Shown piece by piece: positions 7,424-16,044 of a DNA stretch of 50,391 nucleotides. The stretch covers positions 1-50,391 of the IMG/VR virus record IMGVR_UViG_3300003155_000001, one strand, 5' to 3'. Position numbers and translations under genes: made by a program. Below the pieces are notes generated by a model that was given only the letters and a program-made list of their open reading frames with translations, was not told the origin of the DNA and ran no database searches. This stretch comes from a virus. How positions within the stretch are numbered: the first letter of the stretch is position 1; the number at the start of each line of letters is the position of its first letter.

Positions 7424-10170
7424 TGGGAAATTTCTTCGATTTGCACAGGCATGATGAGTTTTCTTTTTTTGATGGTTTCGGAAAACCCTCAGAACTTGCA
7501 CAGATTGCAAAGGAGAAAGGATACGATGCTCTGGGTATCAGTAATCATGGAAATATCAGCGGTCTTGTCCAGCACTGGCTTGCCTGTAAAGAAGCAGGCA
7601 TAAAACCTGTTATGGGATGTGAGGTCTATTTTCAGCCAAAATATAATAAGGAGAATCCACAGAGGAAATCATATCATTTGTGCGTGTTTGTGAAGAATTT
7701 GACAGGGTACAAAAACCTATGTCACATGATGACAGAAGCGAATACAGAACAATTTTATTACAAGCCGATTGTTGATTTCAGGCTGTTGGAAAAGTACAGC
7801 GAAGGTCTTATTTGTACCACGGCTTGTATCGCCAGTGCTACGTCACAAGCAATTGTGAATGGTAATGCCGACACGGCAGAAAAGTTATTAAAGAAGTTCA
7901 AGAGCATTTTCGGGAAAGATCTGTATGTTGAGATACAGCCGTATAAGATCGACAAGAAAGGAACACAACAGAAAACAGATTATGTGTTAATGGGACTTGC
8001 CAGAAAGCTGAAAATAAAATGTATCCTCACGTCCGATAGTCATTATGGCAGAAAAGAAGATTTCGATACTTATTGTAAGATGCATGAGATCGGTAAGACT
8101 ACTTTGGACGTAAAAAATACATACGGCGAAAGGTATATGCCAACAGAGTATGAGATCACAGAACGTTTCGCTAAGATATATCAGAAGAAAATAAAGAATA
8201 GCATGGAATTAGCAGAACGGTTTGTTGATAACATGAAAGAAATTTATGACAAAGTTGAGGATGACATATTGAGTCAGAGCGAGTTACATCTTCCAAAGAT
8301 TTCCGATGATCCCACTTTTGACAGCGAAAAAGAATTGAGAAGGCTTGTATCGAAAGGTCTGAAAAAGCGAGGGAAATGGAATAGAGAATATCGCAACAGA
8401 TGTTTGATGGAACTTGATGTAATCCATTACCATGGATTTGACGACTATTTTTTGATGGTGCAGGAATACGTGAACTGGGCGAGGGAACACGGTATTGCAG
8501 TCGGGCCCGGACGTGGTTCAGCATGTAATTGCCTTGTTGCCTATGCCATTGGCATAACAGATGTGGACAGCATAAAGTATAAGCTGGATTTCAGTCGATT
8601 CATGCGAAAGGAGAAAAAGAAGCTTCCGGATATTGATGTTGACTTCGAAACAGATCGGCGGCAGGAAGTGATAGACCATGTAATACAGAGGTATCCGGGT
8701 AGAGCTGTCCAGATATGCTCTTACGGCGAATATAGCGTAAAATACCTTGTAAATGATCTTTCCGGTGTGTGTGGCTTGAGAACATCCGGAGATGAATTGG
8801 ACGACTGGGACAAGGAGCAGAATAAAAAAGTTGTTGCTGACATAAAACGGTATATCAACAGTTTCGAGGAAGACGGAAAGATTAACTTTGAAAAGCTTCT
8901 CGACGATCCGCGGACAGAAGAATATAACAGCCAGTATGACAACATAATAAAACATTTTTGCAAGATGTACGGCAAAGTGAGACAGCTCGGTACACATGCG
9001 GCCGGGGTTGCTGTTGTCGGAACAGATATCTCGGATTATACCTGTGTTGTAAAACGTGGAGACAGTTTTCGATCTTGTTACGATCTGAATGATCTGGAGC
9101 ATATTAATTGTACAAAGTTCGACATGCTTGGCCTGAAAACCGTTTCAGAGCTGTTGGAGCTGGAGCAGATAACAGGGCATAAGGTGACTGACGAAGACAT
9201 TGAACAGCCAGAAATCTATGAGAATTTTCAGAAAGGGAACACGGACGGTATTTTCCAGATGGAGAAATCAGCACCAAAGGATATTCTGAGGATGATACGT
9301 TGTGATTGTATTGAGGACGTAATCGCAGTAAATGCTCTGAACCGTCCAGCTCCACTACAGTTAAAAATGCATGAAACATATGCATACAATAAATTGTCTG
9401 GGAAAACAGACACGAATACGCCATACTACAAATATACTCGTGAGACTTATGGAACGATTTTGTATCAAGAACAGACCGTAGAAGTAGCACAGAAGGTTGG
9501 CGGGTTGACTCCGGAGCAAAGCTTTGATCTGTTAAAGATTATGAAGAAAGCAGAAAATCTGACAAAACCGGAATATGTTCCGATTATTGAACAAATGAGA
9601 AAAGACTTCTTCCGGGGCTGTAAGTCGCACAGAATGACGTTAGAACAAACCAAAGAACTATGGGCAAGTATGCTGATCTATGGCTTCAACAAAGGGCATT
9701 CCACAGGGTACTCTATTATCAGTGTCGATCAAATGTGGTATAAAATGCATTATCCGGCTGTGTTCTGGTACGTAAAAATAAAGTATGCCGGGAATGACAG
9801 CGATTTCTATAAATACTGTATGTTCGCCGCAAAGGATGGGGCTGTGGTTATGCTTCCGCATGTTAATTACAGCGCAAAGACATCTATCCGTAAAATAGAT
9901 GGGGAATATGTAATCCAACAGGGATTAAACTCCGCAAAAGGAATAGGAGACAAGGCGGCGCAGGCAATTGGGGAAGAAAGAGAAAAGAACGGTGTGTTTC
10001 GTGACTTTGACGATTTCTATGACCGTTGCAAAGGCGGTGCGGTAAATGAGCGCGTAATAAAAACATTGAAAGAAAACGGTGCGCTAGAGTTCCATAGAAA
10101 AAAGTATCTGAAGCGTGTTGTTGCGTATAATAGTACATTACTCGGAAAGGCAGAAAGGATGGTAAAATGA
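7423..10170 (+). CDS. dnaE: DNA polymerase III alpha subunit-like replicase (PHP + Pol IIIa core), short form
   Basis: PHP motif FFDLHRHDEFSFFDG..ISNHG. GPGRGSA, DIDVDF and KFDMLGL motifs. 915 aa, with no obvious C-terminal OB/tau region. Confidence 0.9.
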   Translation: MGNFFDLHRHDEFSFFDGFGKPSELAQIAKEKGYDALGISNHGNISGLVQHWLACKEAGIKPVMGCEVYFQPKYNKENPQRKSYHLCVFVKNLTGYKNLCHMMTEANTEQFYYKPIVDFRLLEKYSEGLICTTACIASATSQAIVNGNADTAEKLLKKFKSIFGKDLYVEIQPYKIDKKGTQQKTDYVLMGLARKLKIKCILTSDSHYGRKEDFDTYCKMHEIGKTTLDVKNTYGERYMPTEYEITERFAKIYQKKIKNSMELAERFVDNMKEIYDKVEDDILSQSELHLPKISDDPTFDSEKELRRLVSKGLKKRGKWNREYRNRCLMELDVIHYHGFDDYFLMVQEYVNWAREHGIAVGPGRGSACNCLVAYAIGITDVDSIKYKLDFSRFMRKEKKKLPDIDVDFETDRRQEVIDHVIQRYPGRAVQICSYGEYSVKYLVNDLSGVCGLRTSGDELDDWDKEQNKKVVADIKRYINSFEEDGKINFEKLLDDPRTEEYNSQYDNIIKHFCKMYGKVRQLGTHAAGVAVVGTDISDYTCVVKRGDSFRSCYDLNDLEHINCTKFDMLGLKTVSELLELEQITGHKVTDEDIEQPEIYENFQKGNTDGIFQMEKSAPKDILRMIRCDCIEDVIAVNALNRPAPLQLKMHETYAYNKLSGKTDTNTPYYKYTRETYGTILYQEQTVEVAQKVGGLTPEQSFDLLKIMKKAENLTKPEYVPIIEQMRKDFFRGCKSHRMTLEQTKELWASMLIYGFNKGHSTGYSIISVDQMWYKMHYPAVFWYVKIKYAGNDSDFYKYCMFAAKDGAVVMLPHVNYSAKTSIRKIDGEYVIQQGLNSAKGIGDKAAQAIGEEREKNGVFRDFDDFYDRCKGGAVNERVIKTLKENGALEFHRKKYLKRVVAYNSTLLGKAERMVK

Positions 10171-10331
10171 AATATAACAGATCAACCAAAGAAGATCGAT
10201 GTAGTAATTGTGCATATAACAGATATGACAGCGAATTGAAAAGGTATTACTGTAATAATAAAGCATCAGACTGGTATGACAGCACAACGGAGTATGATGA
10301 TAGCTGCGAATTCTGGGAAGGTAAGGACTAA
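10167..10331 (+). CDS. Small Cys-rich protein (54 aa, CxxC..C..C)
   Basis: Below the ORF-track cutoff. ATGA overlap with the dnaE stop, and the ORF ends 2 nt before the recA ATG, filling the gap exactly. Confidence 0.5.
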   Translation: MKYNRSTKEDRCSNCAYNRYDSELKRYYCNNKASDWYDSTTEYDDSCEFWEGKD

Positions 10332-10333
10332 GT

Positions 10334-11248
10334 ATGAAAGCAATGGACAAAGCAAGAATTATGAAGTTATGCGAAGACATAAACAAGAAAGAGGGAGAAG
10401 GATCTGTCTATAGTCTGGGATCGAAAAACGGAAATCTGAGAATAAAACGCTGGTCAACTGGGATCCCTGATCTGGATGCAATTATTGGAGGTGGAATGCC
10501 GTGCGGAAGAACTGTCGAGGTTTTTGGTGCAGAGTCAGCCGGGAAAACCTCTTTAATGTATCATTTGTGCGGGATGCATGAGTTGTGTCTACACATTCCG
10601 ATAGAAGGAACATTTGACGCTGACAGGGCAAGGGTGTTTGGAAATCGCAAACAGCAAATGATCCTCTACAAAGCGAAATACGGAGAGAAAGCTTTTAATC
10701 GTGCGATTCGTTTTGCAGAGGAGGGGATCCCGTTAATTACGATAGATAGTGTCCCGTCCATGCAACCAAAAGACGATGTGGATAGAATCAGAAAAGCAGT
10801 AAATACAGACAGCGAACAGGAAATGAGAATCGGAGGCGTTGCCCGGTTAATGGATAAGTATCTTCCCACCTTGGAGGATGTAATAGAGCAGACTGGGACA
10901 ACTGTTATATTTGTTAATCAGATCCGTGACAAGATGAACGCCTTGCCGTTCGGGGATAATATACAGACTCCCGGAGGCCATAAGCTGAAACACAGTGCAA
11001 GCCTTAGAATACAGGTTGCTCGGAAAGGATACATCGAAATTCCGAACTATAATCCACGTAACGCAGAGGCCAAAGAGCGTATCGGAATAATTATGAAGTG
11101 CAAGGTCGTGAAGTCTAAGGTATGCAATCCCATGCAGTCGTGTGAGATCCCACTGATTTATGAGAGGGGATTTGTAGATTTTGTGGACTTGGACGCGGTC
11201 AGAAAAGAGATCATGAAAGAGCACAAAGAAAGGTATCTAGGAAAGTGA
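10334..11248 (+). CDS. recA: RecA-family recombinase
   Basis: Walker A GAESAGKTS, FVNQIRDKM, and PGGHKLKHSASLRIQV parallel to RecA GGNALKFYASVRLDI. Confidence 0.85.
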   Translation: MKAMDKARIMKLCEDINKKEGEGSVYSLGSKNGNLRIKRWSTGIPDLDAIIGGGMPCGRTVEVFGAESAGKTSLMYHLCGMHELCLHIPIEGTFDADRARVFGNRKQQMILYKAKYGEKAFNRAIRFAEEGIPLITIDSVPSMQPKDDVDRIRKAVNTDSEQEMRIGGVARLMDKYLPTLEDVIEQTGTTVIFVNQIRDKMNALPFGDNIQTPGGHKLKHSASLRIQVARKGYIEIPNYNPRNAEAKERIGIIMKCKVVKSKVCNPMQSCEIPLIYERGFVDFVDLDAVRKEIMKEHKERYLGK

Positions 11249-11414
11249 GATTATACTGTATTACTTATAACATAACAATAGACAGGAGCAGTAATAAAAA
11301 GAGGTTCTTCTGTTATGCTAAGACTCAGGCCGAGGCAGTAAGAAGGTTTATAACATGTTCTGGGCTGTCTAAGAGTTATGTTATAAGTGTACACATCGTA
11401 GAGGAGGAATAAGC

Positions 11415-12239
11415 ATGGGGCTGATAGATAATATAAAGCGGGATGCAGACGGGAACCGGACGATTATACAGAAGACAGAAGATGCAGAGCTGGAAGGGAA
11501 GCTAAACCAACTGTTTTATTTGCCAAAGAATATCGAGAAAGAAACGGAATTTGTTCACAATGTCATGACCAGGGGGCAAGAGACAGAAGAAAGGAAGGGG
11601 CTTCATGCCTCTGCAATTATTGTGTCGGATAATAAGTTCTGTTATCGCCAACAGGTGTTGAGTCTGTTTTACAAGCAATTGCAGGGCGAGCAAGTAGAGG
11701 TCGGACTGAAGCGTATTTTTTCTGAAGGTGACTCGATTCACGAGAAGTGGCAGAGGTTGTTTATTCGTGGTGGATATTCTGAGCCGGATGAACTGGATGT
11801 AACGCAATACAGCCCAGAATACGATCTGCAATACACCCCAGATATTCTGTGTACGATTGACGGAGAAGAAATGGTCGGAGAAATCAAAAGCATGAATACA
11901 TATGCATTTCAGAAGATGGTCAAGACTGCTTCTCCTCATCCGTCTGGAGAAAAGCAGTTACAGCTTTATCTGTGGCTTACAGGTCGGGAAAAGGGCTTTA
12001 CGCTGTGCGAAGATAAAAACACACAGAATATTAAGGTTAAGGTTGTAAAAGCCGATATATCGAAAATTACGCCTTTTATAAACCGATTGGAGAATATCCA
12101 GTATTATAAGGAGCGGTTGCAACAAAAAGGGAGACTCGTAAAGCGTCATGACCTGTGCACGGGGTATAAATGTGACATGGCGCAAAAGTGCCCTATGCGC
12201 GAGGTATGCTATGGAAGGAGCAGGGAGAGGTTAAGTTGA
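11415..12239 (+). CDS. Cas4/RecB-like PD-(D/E)xK exonuclease with 4-Cys cluster
   Basis: N-terminal Cys (FCYRQQ), D..EIK (DGEEMVGEIKS), QxxxY (QLQLYLW), and C-terminal CTGYKCDMAQKCPMREVC. Confidence 0.7.
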   Translation: MGLIDNIKRDADGNRTIIQKTEDAELEGKLNQLFYLPKNIEKETEFVHNVMTRGQETEERKGLHASAIIVSDNKFCYRQQVLSLFYKQLQGEQVEVGLKRIFSEGDSIHEKWQRLFIRGGYSEPDELDVTQYSPEYDLQYTPDILCTIDGEEMVGEIKSMNTYAFQKMVKTASPHPSGEKQLQLYLWLTGREKGFTLCEDKNTQNIKVKVVKADISKITPFINRLENIQYYKERLQQKGRLVKRHDLCTGYKCDMAQKCPMREVCYGRSRERLS

Positions 12240-12955
12240 TACGATATATTGCTAGTTGTAGTTTTGGAAAAGATAGCCTTGCAATGGTTATTTTATTGAT
12301 TATGAAAAAATATCCGCTTGACGAGGTTGTTTTTTATGATACCGGGATGGAGTTTGATGCAATTTATGAAAATGAAAAGAAGTTAAAAAGAATATTGAAG
12401 AGAAGGAGGATCGGATATAAAAGGATAGTACCTGAAAAAAGTTTTGAATATCTTGCATTTGAACACAAATGTAAAAGAAGGGATGGAACCGTATGCGTAG
12501 GATATGATTGGTGTGGAGGTTTAAGAAGGTGGGGAACTTCGCAAAAAAATAGAGAAATAGAAAAATATTATAAAAGCAAATATGGGGATGCAGATTTAAT
12601 AGTTGAGTATGTTGGCATTGCAAAAGATGAGTTGAATCGTGTTGAAAAACAAAGGATAAAAAGAGGAAAAACTGTAAAAATATATCCTCTTGTCGAATGG
12701 GGAATGACAGAAAAGGATTGCTTAAGTTTTTGTTATGAGCATAATATAAATTGGAAACAAAATGGTGTCGATCTATATAAAATATTAGACAGAGTGAGTT
12801 GTTGGTGCTGTACAAACAAAAATCAAAAAGAGGTAAAAAATATAATAATGTTTTTACCGGATGTGTGGACGAAAATAAAGGGCTATGAAAGGAGGTGCGG
12901 AGTTCCGTACAAAGGGAAGGGATGCAAATATTTTGAGGATAAGTTTAAGGGTTGA
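12236..12955 (+). CDS. PAPS-reductase / PP-loop ATPase family protein
   Basis: PP-loop SFGKDS near the N-terminus. TTG 12236 follows GGAGAGG (ATG 12206 is the alternative). Visibly more AT-rich than its neighbours. Confidence 0.7.
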   Translation: MIRYIASCSFGKDSLAMVILLIMKKYPLDEVVFYDTGMEFDAIYENEKKLKRILKRRRIGYKRIVPEKSFEYLAFEHKCKRRDGTVCVGYDWCGGLRRWGTSQKNREIEKYYKSKYGDADLIVEYVGIAKDELNRVEKQRIKRGKTVKIYPLVEWGMTEKDCLSFCYEHNINWKQNGVDLYKILDRVSCWCCTNKNQKEVKNIIMFLPDVWTKIKGYERRCGVPYKGKGCKYFEDKFKG

Positions 12956-12980
12956 CAGTGTTCAGCCCTTATGTTATAAT
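12952..12980 (+). promoter_or_regulatory. Sigma-A type promoter P3
   Basis: TTGACA 12952-12957, 17 nt, TGtTATAAT ending at 12980. Confidence 0.7.
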
Positions 12981-13015
12981 ATAGGCATAACAAAGGATAG
13001 CAGGAGGTAAAGCAA

Positions 13016-13213
13016 ATGAAAAGATATAAAGTGTTTCAGAACAATGTTTTCTATCCGGTCGGGTACGTCGAATGTGATAGTATTGATGAGGCTATTCGTA
13101 TTGGACGAGAAAGCATAAGCAAAGAAATAAATGGTTCTCAGATGTGTAGCGAAAAGGAAAGATATTTAGTCGGTATCCCGGTATACGATAGAAATGGAGC
13201 GAGAAGAAAATGA
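13016..13213 (+). CDS. Hypothetical protein (65 aa)
   Basis: RBS AGGAGG 8 nt upstream. Confidence 0.6.
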   Translation: MKRYKVFQNNVFYPVGYVECDSIDEAIRIGRESISKEINGSQMCSEKERYLVGIPVYDRNGARRK

Positions 13214-13521
13214 AGCGCATAACATTAATAACAGACATAGACCAGATTGTCTATGTTGTGTTTGCATCAAAGCGGGAAGGATATAAAGACAATGTTGTCT
13301 TCAAAGCAGTGGTAACAGGAGCACAGATCACGCAGGAAAAGCATGTATTGTATAAATGTAAGTCATTGAAGGCTGTAACCAATAAAGAGGATAGCATCAG
13401 ACATTATGTTAAACATTTTTACTATAAAAATAGTAATATCGATACTGGAGTTCGAGGCTATGGAAATTGTTACCCTGTATTTACGGATAAGGAGAAGTGT
13501 CTGAAATGGCTGAAAGGGTAA
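13210..13521 (+). CDS. Hypothetical protein (103 aa)
   Basis: ATGA overlap with the upstream gene. Confidence 0.6.
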   Translation: MKRITLITDIDQIVYVVFASKREGYKDNVVFKAVVTGAQITQEKHVLYKCKSLKAVTNKEDSIRHYVKHFYYKNSNIDTGVRGYGNCYPVFTDKEKCLKWLKG

Positions 13522-13985
13522 GAAAATGTTGTTGTTACAGTTGCATTCATTTGCATAAAGAAAACCCTATTGTTTCGGGGGAAATGGCGTTGTATCGTTG
13601 TACAAGTCAAAAGAGGAACGGGCGCTGTGACGGATGGGTTCTACGTGATGATCCGGAGGCTGGCCTTGCACAGCTGGGATGTTCTTATGGTAACAAGTTG
13701 TATTCCGGAGACATAATAGAGGTTGAGAGCATATTCAGTGATAGCAAACAACGCTATCTGTATTGCGGGAAGTTAAGAGGATACAGGCTTATTGTTGATA
13801 TGCCAGAGTTTGTTCCTCATGTTGTGCCAAACAGTTGGTTCAGGTCTATGACTGGGAGACTCATGAGACAGAATCACATTATTATACAGGAGAAAGAACA
13901 GGGTGCATATTATAAAAAGTTGGCGCGATCCATAAAAGAGAGGTATAACCATGAGCGACAAAAAGATGAGGGAAAGAGATTATAA
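13506..13985 (+). CDS. Cys-rich hypothetical protein
   Basis: ATG 13506 lies 11 nt after GGAG (GTG 13497 is the alternative). N-terminus RKCCCYSCIHLH. Confidence 0.55.
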   Translation: MAERVRKCCCYSCIHLHKENPIVSGEMALYRCTSQKRNGRCDGWVLRDDPEAGLAQLGCSYGNKLYSGDIIEVESIFSDSKQRYLYCGKLRGYRLIVDMPEFVPHVVPNSWFRSMTGRLMRQNHIIIQEKEQGAYYKKLARSIKERYNHERQKDEGKRL

Positions 13986-14742
13986 GAAAAGGTTTTTGAA
14001 TGGATTAAACCTGTTGTGTAAGACAAGAAATATGTATGAAGTATGGTCTGATGCTATGTATCTGTTCGCTACTGGGATTGCAAACCCGATAATCTCTCAA
14101 TTCAGAGAAAATGCAGTGTTTAAGGACGTATGGGAAGAAAGAGAACGGGAATATCTGAGGATCATTAACAAGTACAATAAGAAGGAACAGAGATTATTTC
14201 CTCAGATGCTCGCGCTACTTGTGAAAGAACTAGACATTCATCCATGGCAGGACTTGATAGGTGAAATCTATATGATGTCTGGGATATCAAGCAAAGATAA
14301 AGGACAGTTTTTCACGCCCTATAGTGTATGTCAGATGATGGCTGGGATAACAATGCAAAAGAAAGCGGTTGCAAGGACAGTTCATACGGATGGATATGCT
14401 TCTGTATACGATTCGGCATGCGGGGGTGGTGCAACACTAATAGCCGCCATTGAGCAATGCTCTAAGATATTCAAGAAACTGAATTATCAAAATCATGTAT
14501 ACTTTGTAGGTCAGGACATTGACCGTACTGTTGCTAATATGTGTTATATACAGTTATCTTTGCATGGTGTTGCGGGATATGTTGTGATAGGAAATACAAT
14601 AACAGAACCAGTGGTAACAGACTTACATAGGATCTGGTTTACTCCGACATGGTTTAGTGATGTGTGGACATTGCGCAGGCTGTTTCACGGACAAAATATT
14701 CTAGGAGATGAAATCAAAAAGAAATGTCAAAAGCAACGTTAA
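13951..14742 (+). CDS. HsdM/N6-adenine-methyltransferase-like SAM-binding protein lacking the NPPY/F catalytic motif
   Basis: GQFFTP (motif X-like), YDSACGGGATL (motif I), VGQDIDRTVANMCYIQLSLHG..IGNTI (motifs II-III). The protein ends ~40 aa later with no (N/D)PP(Y/F). Confidence 0.55.
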   Translation: MSDKKMRERDYKKRFLNGLNLLCKTRNMYEVWSDAMYLFATGIANPIISQFRENAVFKDVWEEREREYLRIINKYNKKEQRLFPQMLALLVKELDIHPWQDLIGEIYMMSGISSKDKGQFFTPYSVCQMMAGITMQKKAVARTVHTDGYASVYDSACGGGATLIAAIEQCSKIFKKLNYQNHVYFVGQDIDRTVANMCYIQLSLHGVAGYVVIGNTITEPVVTDLHRIWFTPTWFSDVWTLRRLFHGQNILGDEIKKKCQKQR

Positions 14743-14906
14743 AGATTACAAAGTGCAAGGGCGAAGGACAGGGGCATTGTAAGATGTGTTCCGATAATGG
14801 AAAATGGAATAGAAATTGGATGTGCTTTCTTTATGAGATTCAGGAATATGAAGGTTGCTATTGTTCCGAATGTGTTAAGAAGATAAAGGAGAAACAAAGT
14901 GGATAA
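14724..14906 (+). CDS. Small zinc-ribbon protein (60 aa)
   Basis: CKGEGQGHCKMC...CYCSEC. Overlaps both neighbours. Confidence 0.5.
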   Translation: MSKATLKITKCKGEGQGHCKMCSDNGKWNRNWMCFLYEIQEYEGCYCSECVKKIKEKQSG

Positions 14907-15531
14907 GGTAGTAATCGGGATAGACCAGAGTTATACCAGAACAGGTATTACAGTGCTGGTAGACAGAGAAGTTTTTGAAGTGTACAGTATCGATTTTAAG
15001 GGATGTAAGAATAATACAGAGAAGCGTATAACACTAAGAGGGAAGATTATAGATATTATTAATCAGGCAGTGTCAGAAATAAAATCGGAAAATATCATAA
15101 TTATTTGTGAAAGGATTCGTTTAAGGTCGCAAGGTTTTCTGTCTGAGAACTATATCAAATCAACAGGAGCATTGATTGCAAGCATTATTGACATTTGTTA
15201 TGGCTATAATCTCCCCGTTTATTCTGTAGATACAAGAGCATGGAAATCCGCTATTATTGGTAGCAGTAAACCTCTAAACAATCCATATGGTATCAATCCA
15301 GAGAAGTACCGCACAATCTTGTATATGCGTGATAAAGGGCTTTTAAGTTGGATTGCCGAGGAATATTCAGGTAGGGGAGAAAAAGGCGTTATATGGGCAA
15401 ATAGAACGGTGAGAGGGCATAAAGAAAAAGTCCGCATTAAGGTAAATGATGACCTGGCTGATTCCTATTGTATTGCCTTATATGGTTTCCTGCCAAAGTC
15501 AAAACAAAAGCTGAAAGAAGAACGATTTTAG
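14899..15531 (+). CDS. ruvC: RuvC-like Holliday junction resolvase
   Basis: GTG start after AAAGGAGAAA. VIGIDQSYTRTG (first Asp), IICERI (Glu), and DDLADSYCIALYG (C-terminal acidic pair). Confidence 0.7.
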   Translation: MDKVVIGIDQSYTRTGITVLVDREVFEVYSIDFKGCKNNTEKRITLRGKIIDIINQAVSEIKSENIIIICERIRLRSQGFLSENYIKSTGALIASIIDICYGYNLPVYSVDTRAWKSAIIGSSKPLNNPYGINPEKYRTILYMRDKGLLSWIAEEYSGRGEKGVIWANRTVRGHKEKVRIKVNDDLADSYCIALYGFLPKSKQKLKEERF

Positions 15532-15560
15532 GGCGTGAACAATCATGCCCTTATTTTATT
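15531..15560 (+). terminator. Rho-independent terminator
   Basis: GGGCGTGA-acaa-TCATGCCC (one G.U pair) followed by TTATTTTATT. Confidence 0.7.
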
Positions 15561-15582
15561 GCAATAAATTATAACATAAGGG

Positions 15583-15611
15583 TTGACATAACATAACAAT
15601 TGTGTTATTAT
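15583..15611 (+). promoter_or_regulatory. Sigma-A type promoter P4 with ATAACA/TGTTAT boxes
   Basis: TTGACA 15583-15588, 17 nt, TGtTATTAT ending at 15611. ATAACA at 15571, 15588 and 15593, and TGTTAT at 15603. Confidence 0.7.
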
Positions 15612-15652
15612 AATATCAGAACAAAGGAGAGCACAAGAGAGGAGCAGAGGAA

Positions 15653-15964
15653 ATGAGTATTAAATATTCTGAAATGACAGATGAGCAGTTATTAGAGCTT
15701 CAAACTAACCTCACAGCAAGAGGTAACTATAATGCGGCTGTTGAGGTTAGTGACTTTCGAAAGCTGTTTAACAAAAAAGTCAAAGTCGTGAAAGGGAGAA
15801 AGGTTCCTAGAGGAACAATCGGAACATGTTTCTGGGTAAAGCGATATAATTACTCTCGTTATGGAGATGCATGGGGAATATACAGCGACACAAGAATAGG
15901 GATCAGGACAGCAGATGGAGAGGTGCATTTTACATCATCCAATAACGTGGAAGTAATAGCATGA
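15653..15964 (+). CDS. Hypothetical protein (103 aa)
   Basis: RBS GAGGAG upstream. Confidence 0.6.
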   Translation: MSIKYSEMTDEQLLELQTNLTARGNYNAAVEVSDFRKLFNKKVKVVKGRKVPRGTIGTCFWVKRYNYSRYGDAWGIYSDTRIGIRTADGEVHFTSSNNVEVIA

Positions 15965-16044
15965 AGGAGAGATGAAAAGAAAATATATACCGATCAGAGA
16001 AGCGATAAGACAGGTAAGAAAAGCTACTAGGGGGTGGTGAAAGC

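Noticed and set aside
6809-7510. 233-aa minus-strand ORF
   Set aside because: It overlaps three well-supported + strand genes (DUF551-like, 7136..7423, the dnaE start). It has no RBS, and its sequence is hydrophobic and low-complexity.
15972-16040. 22-codon ORF (MKRKYIPIREAIRQVRKATRGW) in the gap before 16045
   Set aside because: The SD-to-ATG spacing is only ~2 nt and the ORF is very short. Nothing distinguishes it from chance.
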